In this document: in pieces, positions 36,329 to 45,221 of the stretch
Numbering within the stretch: position 1 is the stretch's first letter
Layout: every line of letters begins with the position of its first letter
DNA from: Polyangia bacterium
GTDB taxonomy: Bacteria > Myxococcota_A > Polyangia > Fen-1088
Direction: 5' to 3'
Length of the DNA: 64,000 nucleotides
NCBI GenBank assembly: GCA_036494575.1
Contig: DASXOE010000041.1
Location: 662-64,661 of the forward strand
Program-made: the position numbers and the translations under genes
The notes under the pieces: model-generated
Databases searched by the model: none
What the model was told of the DNA's origin: nothing
The model's input: the letters and a program-made list of their open reading frames with translations, nothing else

Positions 36329-36357
36329 TTGGCGGGTAGCGCGGGGGACGCCGCACG

Positions 36358-37815
36358 ATGGTCTTTTCGAGCCAGATCTTTCTCTTTTACTTCCTGCCGG
36401 CGGTCCTCCTGCTCTATTACCTGGCGCCTTTCCGGGCGCGCACGGCCCTCATCGCGATCTCGAGCTACGTCTTCTACGGGTGGGCCAACCCGATCTGGGC
36501 CGTCATCATGTTCTTCGGCTCGAGCGTCGACTACATGTGCGGGCTCGCGCTCGTGAGGCTCTCGCGGCTCCCCGATCGCGACGGCCTGCCGCCCGTCATC
36601 GGCCCCGAGGTGCCGCGCACGCGCGCCATGAAGAGCGTGCTGGCGCTCTCGATCATCACCAACCTCGGCCTCCTCGCCGCCTTCAAGTACACCGGCTTCG
36701 TGGCCGAGAACATCAACGCGCTCGGCGGCGCCTTGGGCCTGGGCGGAGCACTGTTGCCCGTCTTCCACCTCGTCCTGCCCGTCGGCATCTCGTTCTATAC
36801 GTTCAAGGCCATGAGCTACGCGATCGACGTCTATCGGGGCGACGCGCGTCCCATGCGCCGCTTCACCGACTACATGTGCTTCGAGGCGTTCTTCCCCGAT
36901 CTCGTCGCGGGGCCCATCATCCGCTACGCCGCCATGGAAGAGCAGATGCGCCTGCGGCAGCACACCTGGGAGAAGTTCGCGCGCGGCGTGGCCTTCTTCG
37001 CGTTCGGCATGGCCAAGAAGATCCTCATCGCGAACCCCATGGGCCACATCGCCGACACGGCCTTCGGGGCGGGCGCGCTGCACGCGCACGACGCCTGGTT
37101 CGGCGTGTTCGGCTACGCTTTCCAGATCTACTTCGACTTCTCGGGCTACTCCGACATGGCCGTGGGCCTCGCGCTCATGATGGGCTTCGTCCTCATTCAG
37201 AACTTCGACTCGCCCTACAAGGCGGACAGCATCACCGACTTCTGGCGGCGCTGGCACATCAGCCTGTCGACGTGGCTGCGCGACTACCTCTACATCCCGC
37301 TCGGCGGCAACCGGAAGGGCGAGCGGCGCACGTACGTCAACCTCATGACCGTCATGCTGTTCGGGGGCCTCTGGCACGGCGCGAGCTGGAACTTCGTCCT
37401 TTGGGGCGCCATTCACGGCGGCATGCTGGCCTTCGAGCGCGCGCAGGGCAAAAAGGGCTTCTACGCGCGCCTGCCGCACCCCGTGCGGGTGGCGCTGACG
37501 TTCGTGATCGTCTGCCTGTCGTGGGTCTTCTTCCGGGCGAAGACGCTGCCGCAGGCGCTCGCTTACCTCGGCTCGATGTTCGGCGTCGCGCACGCCGGGC
37601 CGTCCTCCGACGTCGTGGCCGGCGCGATCTACACGCCGTATCATGCCGCGATGTTCGTGGTCGCGGCGCTGACGGTCTGGGCCTTGCCCAACACGTGGGC
37701 CTTCACCAATCGCCTGTCGCTCGGTCGCGCCGCCTCGGGCATGGCGCTGCTCGCGCTCTCGGTCCTCATGATGTGGACGCAGACGGTGAATCCGTTCCTC
37801 TACTTCCAGTTCTGA
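36358..37815 (+). CDS. MBOAT-family membrane O-acyltransferase (AlgI/PatA/DltB-like)
   Basis: 485 aa. MVFSSQIFLFYFLP, FDFSGYSDMA, FWRRWHISLSTWLRDYLYIPLGGNR, GGLWHGASWNFVLWGAIHG (catalytic His region). Confidence 0.93.
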   Translation: MVFSSQIFLFYFLPAVLLLYYLAPFRARTALIAISSYVFYGWANPIWAVIMFFGSSVDYMCGLALVRLSRLPDRDGLPPVIGPEVPRTRAMKSVLALSIITNLGLLAAFKYTGFVAENINALGGALGLGGALLPVFHLVLPVGISFYTFKAMSYAIDVYRGDARPMRRFTDYMCFEAFFPDLVAGPIIRYAAMEEQMRLRQHTWEKFARGVAFFAFGMAKKILIANPMGHIADTAFGAGALHAHDAWFGVFGYAFQIYFDFSGYSDMAVGLALMMGFVLIQNFDSPYKADSITDFWRRWHISLSTWLRDYLYIPLGGNRKGERRTYVNLMTVMLFGGLWHGASWNFVLWGAIHGGMLAFERAQGKKGFYARLPHPVRVALTFVIVCLSWVFFRAKTLPQALAYLGSMFGVAHAGPSSDVVAGAIYTPYHAAMFVVAALTVWALPNTWAFTNRLSLGRAASGMALLALSVLMMWTQTVNPFLYFQF

Positions 37816-37817
37816 AG

Positions 37818-39179
37818 ATGACGGTTCCAGATCACGCCCTTCCCCTCGACGCGCGCGCCGTCGGCGCTGGCGCGGAGGCTCGCAAGGAAGCAGCGCCCCG
37901 GCGCGGGGGGCCGACTGATCCGTCGCACGACGAGCGGCTGCGGCGGGGCATCATCGACACCGACCTGCCGCTCGGCCGCGCCCGCTGGATGACGGCGCTC
38001 TTCATCGTCGGAATCTTCGCCATCCCCGTCTCTCAGGAGGTCATGCAACGCGCTCGCGGCGAGGACTCGGTGCTGCCCGAGCTCTTCCGCCACCGACCGA
38101 CGCGCGAGAGCCTGCGCCAATTCGAGGACGATCTCGAGCAGGCCTCCTACTTCAAAGACTACGTCCAGCCGCGCATGCAGGCGCTCCTGACGCGCTTCGG
38201 GCGGGTCGGCAACAAGAAGGCGGTCGTCGGTCGGGAAGGTTGGCTCTACTACAAGCCCGGCATCGCCTACGTCGGCGGTCCCGGGTTCCTCGCGGCCGAC
38301 ACGATCGACGGGCGTGTGCGCGCCGCGCGTGACGGCGGCGGACCCGACGTCGGCGCCGATCCCCGCCCGGCGATCCTGTCGTTCCAGCGGGCGCTCGCGG
38401 CGCGCGGGATCGCGCTCGTGCTGTTCCCGGTCCCCGACAAGTCGATGCTGGAGCCGCGCCAGCTGCACGGCCGGGCGTCGCCCGCCGAGGTGGTTCCCGT
38501 TCCGCGCAATCCGGACTGGGGACGTTTCGTCGAGGAGATGACCACCGCGGGCGTCACCGTCTTCGACCCGGCGCCGTCGGCTCTCGGCGCGGGTGAGCCG
38601 CCGCATTACCTCGTCCAGGACACGCACTGGACGCCGGCCTGGATGGAGGAGGTCGCCGGGAACCTCGCGGCCGTCGTCGCGCGCGTCGGTCGCCTTCCCG
38701 CTCTGTCCTCGCGGCCCGTCTGGCGCGAGGTCGAGCGGCCGGTCGCGCGCCTCGGCGACGTCGTCGACATGTTGAAGCTGCCCGAGGGGCAGACCATCTT
38801 CGCGCCGCAATCGGTGACGACGCGCGCGATCGTCGTCGGTGCGCAAGCGGCGGGCGGGAGCGCGGACGCCGCCGACTGGGAGCCAGAGGAGACGGCCGAC
38901 GTGCTGCTCCTCGGCGACAGCTTCACGAACGTGTTCTCGCTCGAGGCGATGGGGTGGGGGACCGCGGCCGGCCTCGCGCCGCACCTGGCCTTCGCGCTCG
39001 GGCGCCCCGTCGACGTCATCGCTCAGAACGATTCGGGCGCGTTCGCGACCCGCCAGGCGCTGGCGCGCGAGCTCGGCGGCGGCCAGGATCGGCTGCGTGG
39101 CAAGCGCGTCGTCGTCTGGGAGCTCGCGAGCCGCGAGCTCGCCGTGGGCGACTGGAAGGCCGTCGAATGGCCGAAATGA
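37818..39179 (+). CDS. AlgJ/AlgX/PatB-like SGNH-type O-acetyltransferase, membrane-anchored (copy 1)
   Basis: 3' part of ORF 36480..39179. TM anchor WMTALFIVGIFAIPV. FPVPDKSMLEP, YLVQDTHWTPAW (D-x-H-W) and LLLGDSFTN. Confidence 0.78.
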   Translation: MTVPDHALPLDARAVGAGAEARKEAAPRRGGPTDPSHDERLRRGIIDTDLPLGRARWMTALFIVGIFAIPVSQEVMQRARGEDSVLPELFRHRPTRESLRQFEDDLEQASYFKDYVQPRMQALLTRFGRVGNKKAVVGREGWLYYKPGIAYVGGPGFLAADTIDGRVRAARDGGGPDVGADPRPAILSFQRALAARGIALVLFPVPDKSMLEPRQLHGRASPAEVVPVPRNPDWGRFVEEMTTAGVTVFDPAPSALGAGEPPHYLVQDTHWTPAWMEEVAGNLAAVVARVGRLPALSSRPVWREVERPVARLGDVVDMLKLPEGQTIFAPQSVTTRAIVVGAQAAGGSADAADWEPEETADVLLLGDSFTNVFSLEAMGWGTAAGLAPHLAFALGRPVDVIAQNDSGAFATRQALARELGGGQDRLRGKRVVVWELASRELAVGDWKAVEWPK

Positions 39180-40165
39180 ACGGGGGGGCCGCGACCTCCG
39201 GCCGCACGGCGTTCGTCACGGGCGCCGCGGGCGTCATGGGCGTCCGCCTCGTGCGCGGGCTCGTCGAAGCGGGATGGCGCGTGCGCGCGCTCGTGCTGCC
39301 GGGGGACCCGCTGCGCGCGCGCCTCGCCGGGCTCGGCTGCGACATTCGCGAGGGCGACGTGGCGGACGCGGCCTCTCTGGAGGGCGCCTGCGCGGGGGTC
39401 GACACCGTCTATCACCTCGCGGCCGTGATCCTCTCGCACGATCCGTTGGTCTTCGCGCGGGTCAACCGCGAGGGCACGGCGCACGTCGTGGCCGAGGCGG
39501 CGCGCGCCGGCGTGCGTCACTTCATCTATGTGTCCTCGGCGTCGGTGACGTATCCGAAGCGGACCCCTTACGCCGACTCGAAGCTCGCGGCCGAGGAACT
39601 CGTCAAGGCCGAGGGTTCGTTCGCCCACACGATCGTGCGGCCCACGCTGGTCTACGACGTGGGCGGCGGACAGGAGCTGCTCCTGTTCCTCGACTATTTG
39701 CGGCGCTTCCCCGTGGTCCCGTTCATCGGCGCCGGCCGGGCGCTCAAGCGCCCCGTGTGGGCGGGCGACGTCATCGACGGGCTGCTTCGCCTCGCCGGCA
39801 ACGCCGTCGCGCACGGCAAGACCTTCAACTTCAGCGGTGGCGAGGCCATCGCGATCGCCGACTTCGGCCGCCTCCTGCTTCGTCATCACGGCGAGCGCCG
39901 TCTCTTCGTGCCGGTCCCCGTGCCGATCTGCCGCGCGGTCGCCTTCGTGCTCGCGCGCCTCATGAAGCGGCCGCCGCTCACGGCCAGTGCGATCGCCGGG
40001 ATCGTGAACGACGCCGATCTCGATCCGGCCCTCGCGACGCGCGAGCTCGGCTATCGGGCCATGCCCGTCAGCGAGGGGTTGAGCCTTTGCTTCCCCGTCA
40101 AGTCGTCTCCGACGCTCCGCGAGCGCTCCGCGCTCGCCTCGAAACCCGAAGGGAATTCATCATGA
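39176..40165 (+). CDS. NAD-dependent epimerase/dehydratase (extended SDR)
   Basis: AFVTGAAGVMG Rossmann motif and the YADSK catalytic YxxxK. ATG 39176 overlaps the upstream stop (an alternative ATG lies at 39167). Confidence 0.85.
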   Translation: MNGGAATSGRTAFVTGAAGVMGVRLVRGLVEAGWRVRALVLPGDPLRARLAGLGCDIREGDVADAASLEGACAGVDTVYHLAAVILSHDPLVFARVNREGTAHVVAEAARAGVRHFIYVSSASVTYPKRTPYADSKLAAEELVKAEGSFAHTIVRPTLVYDVGGGQELLLFLDYLRRFPVVPFIGAGRALKRPVWAGDVIDGLLRLAGNAVAHGKTFNFSGGEAIAIADFGRLLLRHHGERRLFVPVPVPICRAVAFVLARLMKRPPLTASAIAGIVNDADLDPALATRELGYRAMPVSEGLSLCFPVKSSPTLRERSALASKPEGNSS

Positions 40166-41349
40166 CCTCGCGCAAGACGTCGTTCGTTGCTCCGCTCATG
40201 GTTTCTTCTGCGCTGTTCGCGTCCCCCTTGCTGTTGGCGCTCTCGATGTGCGCCTGCGCCACGCTGTCGGGGGCGCCCCCGACGGGGACCGAGGAGAAGC
40301 CCACCGACGAGGACGCCGCCGCGAGCAAGCGCATCGGCGAGAAGGCGGGAGGCCTCATCGTGTGGTCGAGCTCTCGCAACGGCAACCACGATCTCTTCAC
40401 GATGAAGACCGACGGGTCGGACGTGAAGTCCATCACGAAGGGCGACGAGGTCGATTGGTTCCCGCGCTTCTCGCCGGACGGCTCGAGGATCCTGTTCTGC
40501 CGCAGCAAGAAGGGTTGGGTCAGCGAGAAGGACGCCAACATCAGCTCGAAGTGGGATCTCTGGACGGTGCACCCCGACGGCAGCGAGCCCACGAAGGTCG
40601 TCGAGAACGCGACCTGGGGAAGCTGGACCAGCGCCGACCACATCGTCTTCGTGCGCGACGGCAAGATCCTGCGCACCAAGCTCGGCTCGGACGGCGCCGG
40701 AAAGGAGCACTTGCTGCTCGACGGAAACAAGGCCACGTCGCTCGACGGGGCCGAGCTGCAGCAGCCTGAGCTCTCCCCCGACGGGCGCTACATCGCCATC
40801 ACGCTGCGCGGCTCCCGGCGCGAGACGGGCATCTGGAGCCTCGACGACAAGACGTGGACGAAGACCGGTCTCGGCTGCCAGATCAACTGGGCGCCCGATG
40901 GCAAGACGATCTACTGGATGAATCCCACGGGCAACGGCGGCAGCGAGGTGTTCCGCATGCCCATCGTCGACGGCGCGCCTCCCGCGAAGGCCCCGAGCGA
41001 CGACGAGATTCGATTCATGGACATGCCGGGGCGGCGCTCGCACGAATACTTTCCGCAGCTGTCGCGCGACGGCAAGTGGCTCGTCTGGGGCATCACGCAG
41101 CGCGGCCACGATCACGACATCGCCGACTACGAGATCTACCTGTGGGAGGTGGGCACGGCGCCCGACACGGGCGCGGCGCGCCTGACGTTCCACTCGGCCA
41201 ACGATCGCTGGCCGGACATCTTCATCCCGAGCGCGGCGGGCGCCGGGGCACCGGCCGCCGACGGCGAGGGCGGCGAGGCCGCCGACAGCACCGGCGAGAA
41301 GGCCGACGCCGACAAGGCTCCGTCGCACGCCAAGAGGAAACACAAGTGA
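40162..41349 (+). CDS. TolB-like beta-propeller (PD40/WD40-like repeat) lipoprotein
   Basis: Lipobox LALSMCAC. Repeated SPDG motifs (FSPDGSRILF, LSPDGRYIAI, WAPDGKTIYW, LSRDGKWLVW). Lys-rich tail. ATGA overlap with the upstream gene. Confidence 0.78.
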   Translation: MTSRKTSFVAPLMVSSALFASPLLLALSMCACATLSGAPPTGTEEKPTDEDAAASKRIGEKAGGLIVWSSSRNGNHDLFTMKTDGSDVKSITKGDEVDWFPRFSPDGSRILFCRSKKGWVSEKDANISSKWDLWTVHPDGSEPTKVVENATWGSWTSADHIVFVRDGKILRTKLGSDGAGKEHLLLDGNKATSLDGAELQQPELSPDGRYIAITLRGSRRETGIWSLDDKTWTKTGLGCQINWAPDGKTIYWMNPTGNGGSEVFRMPIVDGAPPAKAPSDDEIRFMDMPGRRSHEYFPQLSRDGKWLVWGITQRGHDHDIADYEIYLWEVGTAPDTGAARLTFHSANDRWPDIFIPSAAGAGAPAADGEGGEAADSTGEKADADKAPSHAKRKHK

Positions 41350-42440
41350 AGCCGGAGCGCGTCGCCGTCCTCGGCGCGGGCGGCTTCATCGGGTCGCACC
41401 TCGTGCCGGCGCTGCTGGCCGAGCGCGAGGAAGTCGAGGTTGTGGCCGTCGACCTGACGTTCGAGAAGCTCGTCTCGACGGATGCGCGCGTGCGCTTCGT
41501 GACGGCGTCCGTCGATCGGCCTGGGTTGCTCGACGAGGTGACGGCGCGCTGCTCGACGGTGGTGTCCCTCACGGCGCTGTGCAACCCGTCGCTCTACAAC
41601 ACGCGGCCGCTCGACGTCATCGACGCCAACTACACCGATCTCGTGCCGCTCGTGAAGCTGTGCGCGGCGCGCGGGGTTCGCCTCGTTCATTTCTCGACGT
41701 GCGAGGTCTACGGACGGCGAGCGCTCGACGCCGGAGGCCACGGGACGCCCACGATGAACGAGGAGACGACGGGGATGTTCCTCGGTCCCGTCGACCGCGA
41801 GCGTTGGACCTACGCCTGCGCCAAGCAGCTCCTCGAGCGCGTGATCTGGGCGCACGGTCTGCACGGCGCGCTGGACTTCACGATCGTCCGGCCCTTCAAC
41901 GTCATCGGGCCGCGCATGGACTTCGTGCCCGGCGTCGACGGCGAGGGCGTGCCGCGCGTGCTGGCGTCGTTCATGAGCGCCCTGCTGCGCGACGAAGAGC
42001 TTCCGCTCGTCGCCGGCGGCGCGCAGCGGCGATCGTTCATCTCGGTCGAGGACTTCGTCGAGGCCGTCGTCCGGATCGTCGAGCGGCCCACGGCCTGCCG
42101 GCGCCAGATCCTGAATCTCGGCAACCCGGCGAACGAGGTCAGCGTGCGCGCGCTCGCGGAGGTGCTCGCGCGCGCCTACGCGGCCCGCGTGCCGGGCGCG
42201 GCCCGCGCGCGGTTCCGCGACGTCACGGCGGAAGAGCTCTACGGCGCCGGCTACGACGACTCCGAGCAGCGCGTCCCCGACATCGGCAAGGCCCGGCGCC
42301 TGCTGAGCTGGCAACCCGAGACGACCCTCGAGCGGATGCTCCCCGGAATCGTCGACGACTACGTGGCGCGCTACGGTCCGGCGCTGGCCAGCGAGAGGCA
42401 CGCGGTCGCCGCGCGCGCGGCGCGGTCGAAGGCGCCGTGA
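41346..42440 (+). CDS. ArnA C-terminal-domain-like UDP-glucuronate decarboxylase / UDP-4-keto-pentose synthase (extended SDR)
   Basis: VAVLGAGGFIGSHL, WTYACAKQLLERVIWAHG, FTIVRPFNVIGPRMD, RRSFISVEDFVEAVVRIVE, ILNLGNPANEVSV. These closely parallel the ArnA decarboxylase-domain motifs. GTGA overlap. Confidence 0.78.
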   Translation: MKPERVAVLGAGGFIGSHLVPALLAEREEVEVVAVDLTFEKLVSTDARVRFVTASVDRPGLLDEVTARCSTVVSLTALCNPSLYNTRPLDVIDANYTDLVPLVKLCAARGVRLVHFSTCEVYGRRALDAGGHGTPTMNEETTGMFLGPVDRERWTYACAKQLLERVIWAHGLHGALDFTIVRPFNVIGPRMDFVPGVDGEGVPRVLASFMSALLRDEELPLVAGGAQRRSFISVEDFVEAVVRIVERPTACRRQILNLGNPANEVSVRALAEVLARAYAARVPGAARARFRDVTAEELYGAGYDDSEQRVPDIGKARRLLSWQPETTLERMLPGIVDDYVARYGPALASERHAVAARAARSKAP

Positions 42441-43159
42441 GGGTCGCCGTCGTCATCCCGGCGTACGACGCCTCCAGACACGTCGCCGCGGTCATCGAGC
42501 GGGTCCTCGCGGCTCCCGTGCCGGACCTCGACCGCGTCATCGTCGTCAACGACGGCAGCCGCGACGACACGGCGCGGATCGTCGCGGAGCTGCCGCGTGG
42601 CCGCTGCCCCGTCGAGCTCGTCGACCGCCCGCGCAACGGCGGCTACGGCGCAGCCATGAAAGACGGGCTCGCGCGCGCCGCCGAGACCGATCCCGACGTC
42701 GTCGCCTGCGTTCACGCCGACGGACAGTACAGCCCCGAGGCTCTGCCGTCGCTGCTCGACGCAATGCAAACCGGTGGCCTCGACCTGCTCCAGGGCTCGC
42801 GCATCGCCTCGGGCTCCGCCCTGTCGGGCGGGATGCCCATCTACAAGTACGTCGCCAACGCCGCGCTCAACGTTCTCGAAAACCGGGCGCTCGGCCTGCG
42901 CATGACGGACTATCACAGCGGCTATCTCCTCTACGGCCGCCGCCTGCGCGAGAGCGTTCCGTTCGCGCGCCTCTCCGACAGCTTCGACTTCGACCTCGAG
43001 GTCATCGCCTCGGCGCGCGCGTGCGGTCTCGCCGTCGCCGAGGCGCCCGTGCCCACGCGCTACGCCGACGAGATCTCGCACCTGCGACCGGTCCCGTACG
43101 GCTTGCGCGTGCTGCGCGTGCTGTGGCGCTTCCGCCGGGGGCACTATGCTCCTTCCTAG
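42437..43159 (+). CDS. family 2 glycosyltransferase, polyprenyl-phosphate sugar transferase type (ArnC/DPM1-like), no C-terminal TM
   Basis: VAVVIPAYDASRHV, VIVVNDGSRDDT, NGGYGAAMKDG, HADGQYSPE, DYHSGY. GTGA overlap. Confidence 0.83.
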   Translation: MRVAVVIPAYDASRHVAAVIERVLAAPVPDLDRVIVVNDGSRDDTARIVAELPRGRCPVELVDRPRNGGYGAAMKDGLARAAETDPDVVACVHADGQYSPEALPSLLDAMQTGGLDLLQGSRIASGSALSGGMPIYKYVANAALNVLENRALGLRMTDYHSGYLLYGRRLRESVPFARLSDSFDFDLEVIASARACGLAVAEAPVPTRYADEISHLRPVPYGLRVLRVLWRFRRGHYAPS

Positions 43160-45221
43160 TCGCGCGGCCGCCACCCGCGCGCGCGCCGCAGGCGTCGTTG
43201 GCGTCGCGCTGGCGGCGCTCGCGCTCGCCTGTCACCCGGGCCTCGGGCCCGCGCCCTGGTCGGCGACCAAGGGCTCGGTCCCCGCCGTCCACGCCCAGGT
43301 GCGGACGCTCAACGACGGGTACAGCCGCACGCGCTCCACCGCGCTCGTGCGCGAGATCGACGAGCCGACGCGCGCCAACCTCGACTACGCCGCCTACCAC
43401 GCCAACTTCATGATCGCCGATCCCGAGCCCGCGGGCGCGCGCTCCGCGGGCGGCGTGGCCGTGGCGACGGCGCCGTTTCACGGCCTCGTCGAGGCGGCGA
43501 CGCTCACGGGCGACATCGGCCGGACGCCGCTCACGCCGGAGGAGCGCGCGCACCCCTTGGCGTTCGCGCCGGTCGTCGAATACCTGTCGGCGCACAAGGT
43601 CGCGGGCGCGTCCGACCTCGAGGACGTCGGCGGCGCCGTGCACGGCGAGAGCTGGGGTCTTCCGGGTGGCCCGCAGATCGTGCCGCAGTTCGCGAGCGAG
43701 CTCTTCGTTCATGCGGGCCCGCACGCGGGGTCGGCGCCGGAGCTCTGGGTCAAGGTGGAGTTCGAGCCCTGGTTCGAGGCCCTCGGCGCGTTGCCCGATC
43801 AGGACGGCGACGGCTTTCCGGAGATCTACGGGCGCGTGGCGCCCGCGCACGTGAGCGCCTCCGTCGTCGATACGATCTTGGGCGACTATTCGCGAAAAGT
43901 GCTGTCGCGCGCCGAGATCAAGACCTGGGCCAATCAGCTCTCCGGCTACTGGTACCCGTCGTACAACACCGACCTCATGGTGGCGGGCCCGACCTGGCCG
44001 AACGACGCCACCGAGGCCGACGTCAAGACCGAGCTCGGCGGCCACACGTTCGAGGCGCCGACGATCGTCATGCGCGGAAAGCCCCAGGGCAAAGCCACCT
44101 ACGAGGTTTTCATCGTCAAGGGACAAGGAGCATCGGCGACGCCGGGCGCGGCGCGCGCGGCGACGGTTCCATCCCTGCCCAAGACGCAGCCGAGCCCCCA
44201 CCCGGAGGTCGTCGTCGAGGCCATTCGCAAGGAGCTCGCGACGACGGGCGGCGGCTCCTGGGAGAAATGGGCGGCCTCGGTGGCGCCCTGGGGCGAGATC
44301 GTTCGGCGCGTGCTCGGCGCGACGCCGGCGACCGTGAAAGGGATCGCTGGGACCGACGGGTTCCTCTTCTTCCGGAACAGCCTCGAATACGCCGTGGGCG
44401 GCGATCTCGAGGCTCAGCCCAAGGGCAAGAATCCGTTGCCCGTCATCGTCGAGTTCAAAAAGGAGCTCGAGGCGCGCGGCGTGGACTTCCTCTTCGTGCC
44501 CGTGCCCACGAAGGCAGAGATCTTCCCCGAGGAGATCGACGGCCGCGCGAAGGGTTTCGCGGGTCGGGTGGTCAACCCCTACGAACGCAAGCTGCTCTAC
44601 GACCTCGGCCTGGCCGGCGTCGAGACGGTCGATCTGCTGCCCGCGTTCCTCGCGGCGCGCGAGCCGGACAAGGTCGAGCGCGAGCTGATCTTCCAGCACC
44701 AGGACACGCACTGGACGGATCGCGGGCTGCGGCTCGCCGCCGAGCTCATCGCCGAACGCGTCAAGAAGTACCCCTGGTACGGCGCCGCCGCGCGCAACGG
44801 ACAGAAGCTGCACAGCAAGCAGACGACGTTCAGCCGCCACGGAGACCTGCATTCGCGCCTGCCCGTCGCCGAGCGCCGCAGGTACAAGCCCGAGACGCTC
44901 GTCGCGCATCAGGTGCTGCACGCCGACGGGACGCCGTACGACGACGACGACACGAGCCCGATCGTCGTCCTGGGCGACAGCTTCACGGGAGTCTACGAGC
45001 TCATGGACGCCGAGCACGCTGGCGTCTCCGCGCACCTCGCGCTCGACGCCGGCGTGCCCGTCGATCTCGTCATGAGCTACGGCGGCGGGCCGAACGTCCG
45101 GCAGAAGCTCATGCGTCGCGGCGCCGATGCCCTCGGCAGCAAGAAGCTCGTCGTCTGGATCATGACGGCCCGCGATCTCTACAACTACTGGGAGGAATGG
45201 GAGCCGCTGAAGGTCAAGTGA
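43146..45221 (+). CDS. lipoprotein with an unrecognised ~400-aa N-terminal region plus a C-terminal AlgJ/AlgX-like SGNH domain (copy 2)
   Basis: 691 aa. Lipobox ALALAC. C-terminal FVPVPTKAEIFPE, FQHQDTHWTDRG and VVLGDSFTG parallel copy 1. I recognise no motif in the N-terminal half. Confidence 0.72.
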   Translation: MLLPSRAAATRARAAGVVGVALAALALACHPGLGPAPWSATKGSVPAVHAQVRTLNDGYSRTRSTALVREIDEPTRANLDYAAYHANFMIADPEPAGARSAGGVAVATAPFHGLVEAATLTGDIGRTPLTPEERAHPLAFAPVVEYLSAHKVAGASDLEDVGGAVHGESWGLPGGPQIVPQFASELFVHAGPHAGSAPELWVKVEFEPWFEALGALPDQDGDGFPEIYGRVAPAHVSASVVDTILGDYSRKVLSRAEIKTWANQLSGYWYPSYNTDLMVAGPTWPNDATEADVKTELGGHTFEAPTIVMRGKPQGKATYEVFIVKGQGASATPGAARAATVPSLPKTQPSPHPEVVVEAIRKELATTGGGSWEKWAASVAPWGEIVRRVLGATPATVKGIAGTDGFLFFRNSLEYAVGGDLEAQPKGKNPLPVIVEFKKELEARGVDFLFVPVPTKAEIFPEEIDGRAKGFAGRVVNPYERKLLYDLGLAGVETVDLLPAFLAAREPDKVERELIFQHQDTHWTDRGLRLAAELIAERVKKYPWYGAAARNGQKLHSKQTTFSRHGDLHSRLPVAERRRYKPETLVAHQVLHADGTPYDDDDTSPIVVLGDSFTGVYELMDAEHAGVSAHLALDAGVPVDLVMSYGGGPNVRQKLMRRGADALGSKKLVVWIMTARDLYNYWEEWEPLKVK

